A model generated the notes under the pieces. That model was given only the letters and a program-made list of their open reading frames with translations, had not been told where the DNA came from and did no database searches. Both the position numbers and the translations under genes were made by a program. Shown piece by piece: positions 19,567 through 28,868 of a DNA stretch of 64,000 nt; within the stretch, counting starts at the first letter, position 1; the number at the start of each line of letters is the position of its first letter. The stretch spans positions 756 to 64,755 of the forward strand of contig CAXICP010000001.1 in the NCBI GenBank assembly GCA_964022595.1, given 5' to 3'. Source of the DNA: an uncultured Salipiger sp. (lineage in GTDB: Bacteria; Pseudomonadota; Alphaproteobacteria; Rhodobacterales; Rhodobacteraceae).

Positions 19567-20184
19567 TCAGGCGGCCTTGCGGCGGCGGCGCAGGGCGGCG
19601 GCACCGCCAAGTGCGCCAAGCAGCAGCATGCCACCTGCGGGCAGCGGCACGGGCGCGGTGGGCACGTAAGCGCCTTCCGACACCTGGAACGACAGCAGGC
19701 CGGTGCCCGGTGCGCCGCCTTCGACGACGCCGATCAGGTACTCGGTGCCGGGGTTCAGCACGGCAAAGGCGGTGGTGGTGCTGGTCAGATCGTACTGCGT
19801 GATCACGCTCGATGCGCCGTAGTTGGTCACCAGGTTGCAGCGGCCCTGGATTTCAGCAAGCACGGTGGGGTGATCGCAGAGGTCGTAATCCAGCGTCAGG
19901 TTGGTGGCACCGGCGTAGACCATGAACGCCGAGTATTCCGGCGAAACCGACGAACCGCTGTACTCGTCCATGTAGAGATAGGACGTGGTGTCGACCTCGA
20001 AGGTCACATACCCGGACGTCGGCGCACCGGTCCACGTGAAATCGATGTTGGTCGCGGTCCCGTTCGTGCTGATCATCGACGTGGATGTCGCAGCTGAAAC
20101 GGCGCTGTTGATCGTGGTGAGCGCCTGGGCGCTGCCGCCCGAAATCGCTGCGGCTGCCGCGATTGCAATAAGACTCGCCTTCAT
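19567..20184 (-). CDS. VPLPA-CTERM sorting-domain surface protein
   Basis: Signal peptide MKASLIAIAAAAAISGGSAQA; Ser/Thr-rich body; C-terminal APVPLPAGGMLLLGALGGAAALRRRRKAA. Confidence 0.93.
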   Translation of the reverse strand: MKASLIAIAAAAAISGGSAQALTTINSAVSAATSTSMISTNGTATNIDFTWTGAPTSGYVTFEVDTTSYLYMDEYSGSSVSPEYSAFMVYAGATNLTLDYDLCDHPTVLAEIQGRCNLVTNYGASSVITQYDLTSTTTAFAVLNPGTEYLIGVVEGGAPGTGLLSFQVSEGAYVPTAPVPLPAGGMLLLGALGGAAALRRRRKAA

Positions 20185-20435
20185 TGGGGGCCTACCTTTC
20201 AAATAATCCAAACATACATGTGACTACATCTTCCGCCGGAAGGTGCCGATACATGTCACGACTTTCTTTGTTTAAAGATAGCATCTGTTAACGTAACGTA
20301 CAGAATTTTCTGCCGCAGATGGCGTAATTATCACGAGAGTTCAAAGATTGTTGGCCAGATAGGCGACAGATCCGGGGCTTTGCGGCGAATGTTTCGCGAT
20401 TACGCCGACCCGCAAGGGAAATGAGGGGCGCCCGT

Positions 20436-21311
20436 TCAGGGCGGCCCGGGGCGACACGCTTGGGCCAGCATCCACATCCCGCGCATGATTCGCAGCCTGA
20501 ACAGGGTCGTGGCGGCGCGCCTGCGTTCGCCCGCCGCGCCCAAGCGATCTGATCGCAGCACCCGGGGCAGATGTGCCAGCGCCGACAGGGGCATGGCCAG
20601 GGCGCGCAGCCCCCAGCGGGCCCGGGCGCCGGGGCCACGGCCCTGCAGGCCCCAGGCCTCTTCGGTCAGCCGGCGCCACTTGCGCGCCAGGGCCGGCCAG
20701 TCCGATCGCGACGGATGGGCCACGCGCAGCGCGTCGTCATAGACCAGCGGCGCCCCCGCGGCGGTGGCCCTGTGGCACCAGTCCAGATCCTCGGACAGGC
20801 CGGGGCGAAAGCCGCCCACCGTGTCGAACACCGCCCGCGGCGCGACCAGGTTGGCGGTCACGGAAAAGCCCTTGCGCGCGATATAGGCGTGGTTGTCGAA
20901 GGCAAAGACCGCCTCGAACGCCTCGGCCCCCGATCGCGGGGGCGGCGTTTCGTCAAAGACCGACACCCGCCCGCCGATCAGCGCGCCGGGATGCGCGCGC
21001 GCCGCGTCAAGGGCGCGCTGCAACCAGTCGGGATCGGGCACGCAGTCGCAATCCAGGAAGATCAGCAGCGGCGCGGAGGTTTGCGCGACCCCGCGATTGC
21101 GGGCATGGGCGGCCCCCGCGGCGGGTTCGACCACCAGGCCCATGGCCGGAAACCGCGCCATCAACGTATCGGGCAGCGGCGACTTTGGCGCGTTGTCCAC
21201 CACCACCGCTTCGATGTCCGGGCCAAGCTGGGGGGCCAGCGCCGCAAGGCAGCGTTCCAGCCGCACCGGGTCGGCATGGTGCGGGATGATGACCGCCGCG
21301 CGCGGAGTCAT
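20436..21311 (-). CDS. Glycosyltransferase family 2
   Basis: VIIP, VVVDN, GAAHARNRG, FLDCDC, SED.D. Confidence 0.9.
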   Translation of the reverse strand: MTPRAAVIIPHHADPVRLERCLAALAPQLGPDIEAVVVDNAPKSPLPDTLMARFPAMGLVVEPAAGAAHARNRGVAQTSAPLLIFLDCDCVPDPDWLQRALDAARAHPGALIGGRVSVFDETPPPRSGAEAFEAVFAFDNHAYIARKGFSVTANLVAPRAVFDTVGGFRPGLSEDLDWCHRATAAGAPLVYDDALRVAHPSRSDWPALARKWRRLTEEAWGLQGRGPGARARWGLRALAMPLSALAHLPRVLRSDRLGAAGERRRAATTLFRLRIMRGMWMLAQACRPGPP

Positions 21312-22486
21312 CGCGCCGGGGCCCGCGCGATCAGGCCGCGCAGCGCCGCCTCATACCCGTCAAGCCGGGCCAGGCCCCGGGGCAGCGCCGCGGCCACGTC
21401 GCGCGCCAGCGTGTCGCGCGCGGCCCAGCCTTCGGTGACGGCGGCAAACACCGCATCGGCGCTGTTGCCGGTGCAATCCACCGTGCGGTCATAGCCCAGC
21501 GTGCCGAACAGCCCGGCGAACTTGCGGCTGTAGGCCATGGGCACCACCGGCACTCCCGATGAAAAGGCGGCGATGCAGGCGTGCATCCGCGCCCCGGCAA
21601 AGAAATCCATCCCCGCGATGTAGCTTTTAGCCTCGGAGGGCGAGGCAAAGGCGGGCGCCAGCACCACGTCGGGAAATTCGCGGGCCAGGGCGGCGCTGGC
21701 GCGCTGGTCGTCTTCGACCTGCATGCGCCCTTCTGCGACGATGACATGGGGCACCAGGTGCAGCTTGATGCCCGGCAGGGTTTGGGTGAAATGGCGGATC
21801 AGGCGACGGATCAGGTCGGGGTAATCGCCCCCGCCCAGCTTGTCGCCATCCGCATAGCCCCCGGCCATGAGCAGCCCCGACACGTTCAGCCCGACGCGCA
21901 GCGGCGCGCCCTCGGGGCGGGGGGCGGGGGGCGTGTAGGGCAGGCGCAACGCCACGTCCGAAGCTTCGACCACCTCGCCGGAAAAGCCCATGTCGCGCAG
22001 CGCCTTCGTCGACAGCGCATCGCGCGTCGCCACCACCGCCGAGCGCCGGATCGACGCCAGCGCCGCGCGCATCGTCCAGCCTCTGGTGAACGGGCCGATG
22101 GTCTGCGGGGCCAGCACCAGCGGCGTGCCCGCCAGATGCGTCAGCGCCTTGAGCAGGAACATCCGCTTCAGCCGCGCGCTGCCGTAGATATCGGCAAAGC
22201 TGTCCCCGGCGCCGATGTCGACCACCATGTCCGACGCCCGCGCCAGCGCCAGGTACCCGCCGGGCCGGGTCATGAAGCTGCGGTCCAGGTCGACGATGTG
22301 GATGTCATCGCCGGTGACATAGGGGGCGCGGGCATCCTTGAAATCGACGATGGTGATGCGGGCCTCGCGCCCGGCCTCGGCGGCAAGGCGGCGCAGGATG
22401 TCCACCTCGGCCACGGTCAGGGCACCGACCCCAAGATTGTCCGAGCGGGTCGAATGCATGATAAGCGTGATGCGCAGGGGGGCCAT
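21308..22486 (-). CDS. Polysaccharide pyruvyl transferase family protein
   Basis: NLGVGAL, GDSFADIYG, PQTIGPF, GARMHACIAA, AYSRKF. Confidence 0.88.
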   Translation of the reverse strand: MAPLRITLIMHSTRSDNLGVGALTVAEVDILRRLAAEAGREARITIVDFKDARAPYVTGDDIHIVDLDRSFMTRPGGYLALARASDMVVDIGAGDSFADIYGSARLKRMFLLKALTHLAGTPLVLAPQTIGPFTRGWTMRAALASIRRSAVVATRDALSTKALRDMGFSGEVVEASDVALRLPYTPPAPRPEGAPLRVGLNVSGLLMAGGYADGDKLGGGDYPDLIRRLIRHFTQTLPGIKLHLVPHVIVAEGRMQVEDDQRASAALAREFPDVVLAPAFASPSEAKSYIAGMDFFAGARMHACIAAFSSGVPVVPMAYSRKFAGLFGTLGYDRTVDCTGNSADAVFAAVTEGWAARDTLARDVAAALPRGLARLDGYEAALRGLIARAPAR

Positions 22487-22525
22487 GGGGGATCCTTGTC
22501 CGTGCTTCTGGGCGTTCGTGGGCGG

Positions 22526-23764
22526 CTAGGGCGCGCGCGCCTGAAGCGCGCGGCGCAGCATGCCGAGGAAATTCTTCGCGTTCCGGCGCAGCGGGTTCTG
22601 CCGCGCCGCCGCCACAAGCTGCAGCCCGCTGTAGCGGGGGGCGGGGCGCCCGGCGAGCCGCAGCGCCAGCAGCCGCGCCGCCAGCGCCCGGCGCCGTTCG
22701 CGCTGGCCGGGCTGGATTGCCGCCAGCTTGGCCGCATCAAAGGGCGCGGCGGCGATCGCGCCGGCGGCGATGGCCTCGTCCAGCAGGCGCTGGCCGGCAT
22801 CGGTGCGCACCACGATCAGGCTTTGGCCGGGGGCTTCGGTGAATGCGGGATAGCCGCGCGCATCCGCTTCCCAGGCATCGGCGCAGGCAATGTCGGCGGC
22901 GGTGCCGGTGCCATCGGCGCAGACCTTGCAGCGGTGCTGCACATGTTTGGACAGGATGCCGCCCCAGCTGTCGTGATAGCTCATGGACCGTTCGCTGCCA
23001 TCGTCCAGCTGCGCCGTGGCCTGCCCGGGCCAGCCATTGCCGCGATAGCGAAAGCTGCGCACGCGGTCCTCGGGGGCGTCAAGCGCGGCCAGCAGCGCGC
23101 GCGCCCCGTCCTGCGACGGCACCCCGGCGCAGAAGAACGACAGCACCACCGGGATGGCGGCGCGCAATTCGCCGTCGCGGGCCTGCAGCGCGCGCAGGGC
23201 CGCCACGTCGCAGGGCTTGCCCACGAAGGCAAAGCGCCGGCCGCTGGCGCGGTGGTCCGCCAGCGCATCGGGCAGCGCGGCCAGCGGCGCGGACGGCGCA
23301 TAGCGCGACCCGGCGGCGGCGCGGATGTCGTCGCGGCTGCGGGCCAGAACGGTGTCGTTGGCCACCGGCACCTGACCGGATGCGGTGGTTTCGATCACCG
23401 CGTCCACCGCGCCGCTGTCCAGCAGATGCGCCAGCAACCCCGACAGCGCCCCGCCCGACGCCCCCGCATGGCGCAGCGCCGGATCGGTGGCATGGCCCTG
23501 GTGCATCGCGATCCACGGCCCCCAAAGCGCATCGTCGCGCCGGGTGCCGGCATCGACCGCCTGGCCAAGGCCGGGGCAGGCGGCGGCGATGGCCGCTTCG
23601 GCATCGGCGGGCACCGGCGCGGCCTGGTCGGGGCGCAGGTAGCCCGGGCCGCTCAGGCGCATCGTCACCGCCCCCGGCGCCAGCGCCGCGCAGGCGCCGC
23701 AGCCCGAACACAGGTTGCCGCGCATGACCTTGTTCAGGGCCGGGCTGGCCGGCAGAGAAGTCAT
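22526..23764 (-). CDS. FrhB/FdhB-family (F420 dehydrogenase beta subunit-like) Fe-S flavoprotein
   Basis: CSGCGAC, GASGG, AGSRY, FVGKPC, FFCAG, CKVC.D...ADI.C.DAW. Confidence 0.88.
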   Translation of the reverse strand: MTSLPASPALNKVMRGNLCSGCGACAALAPGAVTMRLSGPGYLRPDQAAPVPADAEAAIAAACPGLGQAVDAGTRRDDALWGPWIAMHQGHATDPALRHAGASGGALSGLLAHLLDSGAVDAVIETTASGQVPVANDTVLARSRDDIRAAAGSRYAPSAPLAALPDALADHRASGRRFAFVGKPCDVAALRALQARDGELRAAIPVVLSFFCAGVPSQDGARALLAALDAPEDRVRSFRYRGNGWPGQATAQLDDGSERSMSYHDSWGGILSKHVQHRCKVCADGTGTAADIACADAWEADARGYPAFTEAPGQSLIVVRTDAGQRLLDEAIAAGAIAAAPFDAAKLAAIQPGQRERRRALAARLLALRLAGRPAPRYSGLQLVAAARQNPLRRNAKNFLGMLRRALQARAP

Positions 23765-23774
23765 CGCGCCGCCC

Positions 23775-24764
23775 TCACAGGTAATCCTGCACGATGCGCT
23801 TGATGACGACCTTGGCGTTCAGCCGGTCGATATCGGTCACACGGCCCGTCATGCCCCCGTAAAGGATCGCCGTTTCGGCAAAGGTCGAATGGCGCGAACA
23901 CACCAGGTGGGCGGATCGCGACAGCAGCAGGATGTCGATCAGCGCGTTTTCCGCTTCGGTCTGCTTGGTGACGCCTTCGGGGCCGCTGAACATCTCGTGC
24001 AGGCGCGCGCCATCGGCGGCAAGATACTTGTCGGTGCTGTGCATCCGGTCCCCGTAGCGCTGCGCGAACCGCTCTTCGATCTCGGCGCTGTCGGTGGCCA
24101 GAAAGATCGCCGCATCGGGCTGATCCTTGAGCTTGCGTTCAAGCGCGGCCTCGATGCGGTGCACCGGCACCTTGCGGTCGGTATAGCGCACATGCACCCC
24201 AAGATGGGGGCGGCCCATGGCGGCGATTTCAGAATCCACCGCGGCGCGCACCCGGGCATTGGGGGTGAAATAGCGGTCAAGGTAATCGGCGATGATGGCG
24301 CTGCGCGTGCGCCCGGCAAAGCGCGGATCGCGCCGCAGATGCGGGGCAAGCCGGGCGAATTTCGGCAGGTAGCACCAGAACACCGCCAGCGCCTCGGGGG
24401 CGTCCAGCCGCGACAGGTCGGTGCAGAAGCGCCGGTAGATCCGGGCGCTGGAATGGGCCGAGGGGTCGTGGCGGTGCACCATGCGGGCGGCGGGCACATC
24501 CAGGTTGCCCTGCCATGTGGCGGGCGACACGGCGCCTTGCCAGTCGTCGAACGTATCGGGCGCGGCCATGTCCTTGGGCGCGTCGAACAGCAGCGGATAG
24601 GCGTTTTCGCCTTCGGGGGCATAGCTGCCGTCGCGCCAGTCGATCACCGGGCGGCGGCCCGTCAGGTCCGCGAAAAGCAGCCCGCAGATCGCCGAAAGCA
24701 TGCGGTTGCCCAGCCCGCCCTTGGCCTTGATGAGCAATGTCCTGTCGGTGTGAAGATCGTCCAT
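23775..24764 (-). CDS. NodZ-like alpha-1,6-fucosyltransferase (GT23)
   Basis: KGGLGNRM, IDWRD..Y, LGVHVRYTD, IFLATDS, ALIDILLLSR, STF motifs. Confidence 0.75.
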   Translation of the reverse strand: MDDLHTDRTLLIKAKGGLGNRMLSAICGLLFADLTGRRPVIDWRDGSYAPEGENAYPLLFDAPKDMAAPDTFDDWQGAVSPATWQGNLDVPAARMVHRHDPSAHSSARIYRRFCTDLSRLDAPEALAVFWCYLPKFARLAPHLRRDPRFAGRTRSAIIADYLDRYFTPNARVRAAVDSEIAAMGRPHLGVHVRYTDRKVPVHRIEAALERKLKDQPDAAIFLATDSAEIEERFAQRYGDRMHSTDKYLAADGARLHEMFSGPEGVTKQTEAENALIDILLLSRSAHLVCSRHSTFAETAILYGGMTGRVTDIDRLNAKVVIKRIVQDYL

Positions 24765-24799
24765 GCCGGGCCGGATGCCCCCTGTGTTGCCGTGCGGGA

Positions 24800-25876
24800 T
24801 CAGTCGATGCCGATCTCGCGCTTGATGTCCAGATAGGTGCGGGCCAGTTCGGGGCGCGGCACGGCGAAAAGACGGTCGATCGCCTGCCAGGCGGCCTTCA
24901 TGCCGCGCAGGTCCTCGGCGGCGCCGGTGTCGCCGCGCAGGGCCCGCACCCGGGCCGCCAGCATGCGCAGCCGGGCATAGCTGCGGGTCTTGCGCAGGGC
25001 CTCGCGGCGCTGCGCCGCCGTCAGGCCGCGATCGGTGCTGTGCTTGGCCATCAGGTAGGCAAGGTTGGCCAGCCCCATCGCCCCCAGCCCGTAGCGGTCG
25101 GCCCGCCCCGAGGGGAACCGGTGGTGATAGACCTGCCCCCGCCGGGTGCCCAGCACGCAGCCATGTTCGGTCACCGCCCAGGATGCATCGGTGTCCTCGA
25201 ACAGGGAATAGCCGCCGAACACCGGTTCGAACCCGGCGGCGCGCAGCGCCTCGGTGCGGAAGGTCATGCGAAAGCCGGTCATCCATTCGACGGGCTTGGC
25301 TTCCAGCTCGTCCAGCCAGGGCAGATCGGGGGCGCGGTCCACCAGGATGCGCCCGATGACGAAGCGCGGGTTGATGTCGGGCATCAGCCGGCCCAGCCGG
25401 GTGCGCCAGCCGACGGTGCGCGCCTCGCGGCTGTGCGCCTGCGACATGTCATAGGCGGCCCCGTCCAGCGCGCCCTCGGGCGGGACAAGCGACACCGCCG
25501 GGTTGACCGCGGCGACCTTGCGGTCGGTGTCGCGTTCATAGACATCCATGATGGCGGCGCTGGCGCCGGGAAAGAACAGCGTGTCATCATCGGGAAGAAA
25601 CACCACGTCGGCGGTCACATGGCTTAGCCCGCGGTTGCGCTGATGGGCTGTGCCGCGTTCGGTATGTTCGACGATCACCTCGATGTCCTGCCCGGCGGTG
25701 GCCTGCGCGACCGCCTGCGCCACGGGGGCGTGATCGTCCGAGCTGTCGATCACGATCAGCTTTTCGGGCCGGCGCGACTGGCCCAGAAGCAGCGGGATCG
25801 TCAGGGCCAGCGCATCGGGGCGGTTGCGGGTGGCGATCGCGACGTCAAAGGTCAGTGCTTGGGCCTGATGGGGCAT
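24800..25876 (-). CDS. Glycosyltransferase family 2
   Basis: VAIATRNRP, IVIDSS, QRNRG, FLPDDD, FEDTD. Confidence 0.88.
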   Translation of the reverse strand: MPHQAQALTFDVAIATRNRPDALALTIPLLLGQSRRPEKLIVIDSSDDHAPVAQAVAQATAGQDIEVIVEHTERGTAHQRNRGLSHVTADVVFLPDDDTLFFPGASAAIMDVYERDTDRKVAAVNPAVSLVPPEGALDGAAYDMSQAHSREARTVGWRTRLGRLMPDINPRFVIGRILVDRAPDLPWLDELEAKPVEWMTGFRMTFRTEALRAAGFEPVFGGYSLFEDTDASWAVTEHGCVLGTRRGQVYHHRFPSGRADRYGLGAMGLANLAYLMAKHSTDRGLTAAQRREALRKTRSYARLRMLAARVRALRGDTGAAEDLRGMKAAWQAIDRLFAVPRPELARTYLDIKREIGID

Positions 25877-25908
25877 TCGAAAAGATCCTTGGGAAAAATA
25901 CTGTCGGT

Positions 25909-27486
25909 TCAGACGTCGGGCAAATCGGGGCGATGCCGTGCGGGGCGCGGCGCGCGGCCCGGGGTGGCCCTGGGTGCGCCGGGCGCCTCGGGTCGGCGGC
26001 TTGTGTCTGCCTGGGTGTTAGTCGCCCCGGCGCGGCGGCTCAACCGGAAACCGGCGGCAGACGTGGGCGGCGCCGCTTCGGGGGGCGCCGTGCGCCCCGA
26101 AGCGGCGCGATCGGGGGCAAATCGCGTATAGCGCGCAGGCGCGCGCCCCGCAGGCTGGCCCGTGTCCGCGCCCTCGCCGGTTTCGGATCCGGGCGCCAGC
26201 GGCTCGGCCCGGACCATCCACAGCCCCGCCCCGAACATGAAGAAGACGAAGGAAAAGATGTTGCCCCAGATATGCACCGTCGACAGGGTGAAGCTGAGGC
26301 AGACGAAGGTCAGCACCCAGGCCAGCCGCAACTGCGCCAGCCGCGGATCGGCGCGGAAATCGCGGAAGATGATCCGCATCAGCGGCACGAAGACCCCAAG
26401 CGCCAGGCACAGGAACGCCGGGATGCCGTAGCGCACGGCGATCACCAGCCAGAAATTGTCCATGCTGCCCGAGATCATGTAGACCGGGCGCTTCCAGTCG
26501 TTGAAACCCAGCCCCAGAAGCGGGTTTTCCCAGACGTTGATCATGCCCCATTCGAAGATGATGGCGCGCCAGTAGGCGGTATGGGCCGACATGGTGGCAT
26601 AGCTCAGGAACACGCGCAGCGGCGAGCGGTTCGACAGCAGGTCGATCACCACATAGGCAAAGGCCAGCATCGCCAGCAACAGCCACCACTTCCAGCTCAG
26701 CTGCCGAAAGATCCACGCCCAGGTCACCAGCCCCACAAGCAGGATCATCGCCAGCAGCGCGCCGCTGGACAGCGCCAGGCAGCCGGTCAGGATCATCATC
26801 CCCGCCAGCAGGTAGCGCAGCGGCGGCGCCACCTGGCCCTTCATCGCCACAAAGACCATCGACACGGCGACCGAACAGAACAGGCCGAAGTGGATCGGGT
26901 GGGCGAACACCGTCTGCACCCGGTCCAGCCCCAGCCGGGCCCCGCCGACGTTCTGCGTTTCGGACCCCATGCCGGGCAGCTTCGAAAGCATCTCGCCCAG
27001 CAGCAGCCGGCCCGTCGCCGCCTCGATCAGCGCGATGGGCATCAGCAGGCACACGATCAGCGCCAGCCAGCGGCACAGGTGCAGGAACTGCCCGGGGGTG
27101 CGCACATAGGCGCGCCCGCACAGGTAGCCGCCCAGGAATTCGATCCCGGTCGAGCCGGTGTTCTCGATCGCCATGTCCGGGTTGTTGCGCATCAGCGACA
27201 GCAGCGTCCACAGGATGAAGGCCGGGAACAGCACGTCCGGCAGCACCAGCTTGCCGAAATGCCCCAGGTACAGCCGCACCAGCAGCGGCACGACGATGAT
27301 GATCAGCAGCAGCCGCAGGTTGCCCATGCCCAGCGGGCCCAGCTGGAAGAACACGGGCAGCATGATGCACAGCAGGTAGGCCACGGCGACGCGGCTCAGC
27401 CGCTCGCGCGGGATGGCATCCTCGGCGTCTGGCGCGCCCGAAGACAGCGCCGCCCGGGGGGCGGAATGCAGGTCGGTCACGGCCAT
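25909..27486 (-). CDS. O-antigen ligase/Wzy-like polymerase
   Basis: About 11-12 TMs; R...FAHPIHFG, LSSG, R..IFEWG, LLGLG..DW, SMDNFWL. Confidence 0.8.
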   Translation of the reverse strand: MAVTDLHSAPRAALSSGAPDAEDAIPRERLSRVAVAYLLCIMLPVFFQLGPLGMGNLRLLLIIIVVPLLVRLYLGHFGKLVLPDVLFPAFILWTLLSLMRNNPDMAIENTGSTGIEFLGGYLCGRAYVRTPGQFLHLCRWLALIVCLLMPIALIEAATGRLLLGEMLSKLPGMGSETQNVGGARLGLDRVQTVFAHPIHFGLFCSVAVSMVFVAMKGQVAPPLRYLLAGMMILTGCLALSSGALLAMILLVGLVTWAWIFRQLSWKWWLLLAMLAFAYVVIDLLSNRSPLRVFLSYATMSAHTAYWRAIIFEWGMINVWENPLLGLGFNDWKRPVYMISGSMDNFWLVIAVRYGIPAFLCLALGVFVPLMRIIFRDFRADPRLAQLRLAWVLTFVCLSFTLSTVHIWGNIFSFVFFMFGAGLWMVRAEPLAPGSETGEGADTGQPAGRAPARYTRFAPDRAASGRTAPPEAAPPTSAAGFRLSRRAGATNTQADTSRRPEAPGAPRATPGRAPRPARHRPDLPDV

Positions 27487-27490
27487 CGGA

Positions 27491-28816
27491 TCACCCCGCG
27501 CCGTCCAGCCAGCTTGCGCCAAGCCCGGCGCCGGCCAGCGGGCCGTCCTGCCGGTAGCGGAACGATCCCAGGTCGCGCGGATCGCCCTTGCTCGCGTTCA
27601 CGAACAGCTTGTCGTAATGGGTCGAAAGCCCCATGCGGCGGTCCTGGATCGGCACGTTGCCCGCGATTTCCCACCCGCCAGAGGGCTGCGGTTCGGGCAC
27701 CAGATAGGCAAGGTTGCGCAGGATCCGGACCTGTTCCGAACTTTCCTTGACGGTGATCCGGGGCGTGTGCAGATCGGGGTTGTCGGTCGCCCCGTCGGAC
27801 CGCGCATTGTGGATCAGCGTGTTGTTGCGGATCGTCAGGCCCAGGGTTTCGCCCACGGTGATGCCGTGAAGATGGGCGTTGATGATCACGTTCTCTTCGA
27901 TCAGCAGATCGCGGTAGAACATCTCGCGCCCGGCGTTGCCGGTGTCGACCTCTTCGTTGCGCATGAAGATCGACTGCGTCAGCGGCCCCACCCCGGAATT
28001 AAGCAGGTTGCGCCGGATCGTCACCCGCCGGGTGGGGGCGGTGGTCCGGCGGGTCCAGAACTGGATCATGTCCGGGTGGCCCTTGTCTTCGGGCGAGCGG
28101 CGGAAATCGTGGATGTGGTTGTCTTCGACCAGCAGGTCCGACACCCGGGCAAAGTTCATCCCGTCGATGCGCATGGAATGCACGTCGTTGCCGGTGATGG
28201 TCAGGTCCTGGCAGTCGGCGACCACCAGCCCGCGCCCGAAGCCGCGCAGTTCGCTGTCGCGCAGCGTGATGGCGCGCGCGCTGGTCAGGCTTAGCCCCAG
28301 CGCCCAGCCATAGCCGTGATAGACGGTGTCCGAGGGGTCCGATTGCATGTCGTCGCCGTCGAACAGGCAGTTGGTGACGGTGACGGTGTCGCATTCGCGC
28401 AAGGTGAAGGGGCGAAAGGTCATCTTGTGCGACGGATCGTAACGATAGTCGAAGACAAGCCCGTCCAGCACGAAATGGGCGCAGTCGTGCATCAGCATGT
28501 AACCCAGCCGGGCCGGGTTCGCCGGATCGGCGGAAATCAGCGTGATCGGCTGCCCGGCGGCGCCCCGGGCGCCGCGCGGCTTGAAGGCGCCATAGCGGCC
28601 CGGCGCCAGGCGCAGCGTCGTGCCGGGTTCGGCGTTCAGCGTGGCATCAAGCAGCGCGTCGTCATCGGCGACATCGATCACCGGCCCCGACGGCGTCGCC
28701 GCGCGCAGCGGCGCGGCGCCAAGCGCGGCAAGGCCGGCCAGCACGGCGCGGCGGCCGGGACAGGGGCCGGGACGGGGGCCGCGGCCGCAAGGTCCGGGCG
28801 GGGGGACTCTGGACAT
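27491..28816 (-). CDS. TAT-exported right-handed parallel beta-helix protein (putative polysaccharide lyase/modifier)
   Basis: GRRAVL twin-arginine signal; PGTTLRLAPGRYG start; repeated xIxxNxI rungs; HPDMIQFW. Confidence 0.82.
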   Translation of the reverse strand: MSRVPPPGPCGRGPRPGPCPGRRAVLAGLAALGAAPLRAATPSGPVIDVADDDALLDATLNAEPGTTLRLAPGRYGAFKPRGARGAAGQPITLISADPANPARLGYMLMHDCAHFVLDGLVFDYRYDPSHKMTFRPFTLRECDTVTVTNCLFDGDDMQSDPSDTVYHGYGWALGLSLTSARAITLRDSELRGFGRGLVVADCQDLTITGNDVHSMRIDGMNFARVSDLLVEDNHIHDFRRSPEDKGHPDMIQFWTRRTTAPTRRVTIRRNLLNSGVGPLTQSIFMRNEEVDTGNAGREMFYRDLLIEENVIINAHLHGITVGETLGLTIRNNTLIHNARSDGATDNPDLHTPRITVKESSEQVRILRNLAYLVPEPQPSGGWEIAGNVPIQDRRMGLSTHYDKLFVNASKGDPRDLGSFRYRQDGPLAGAGLGASWLDGAG

Positions 28817-28868
28817 GGCGGGCAGTCCTCTGTCTGGTCGCGGGCCGGGCCGGCGACATGGGCGATGG

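Noticed and set aside
22526-23764. True F420 hydrogenase or energy metabolism
   Set aside because: No catalytic subunits or F420 synthesis genes; embedded in glycan operons
23775-25286. 503-aa ORF / Nod-factor synthesis
   Set aside because: The N-terminal extension overlaps the upstream GT2 in another frame, so the real start is 24764; nodABC are absent
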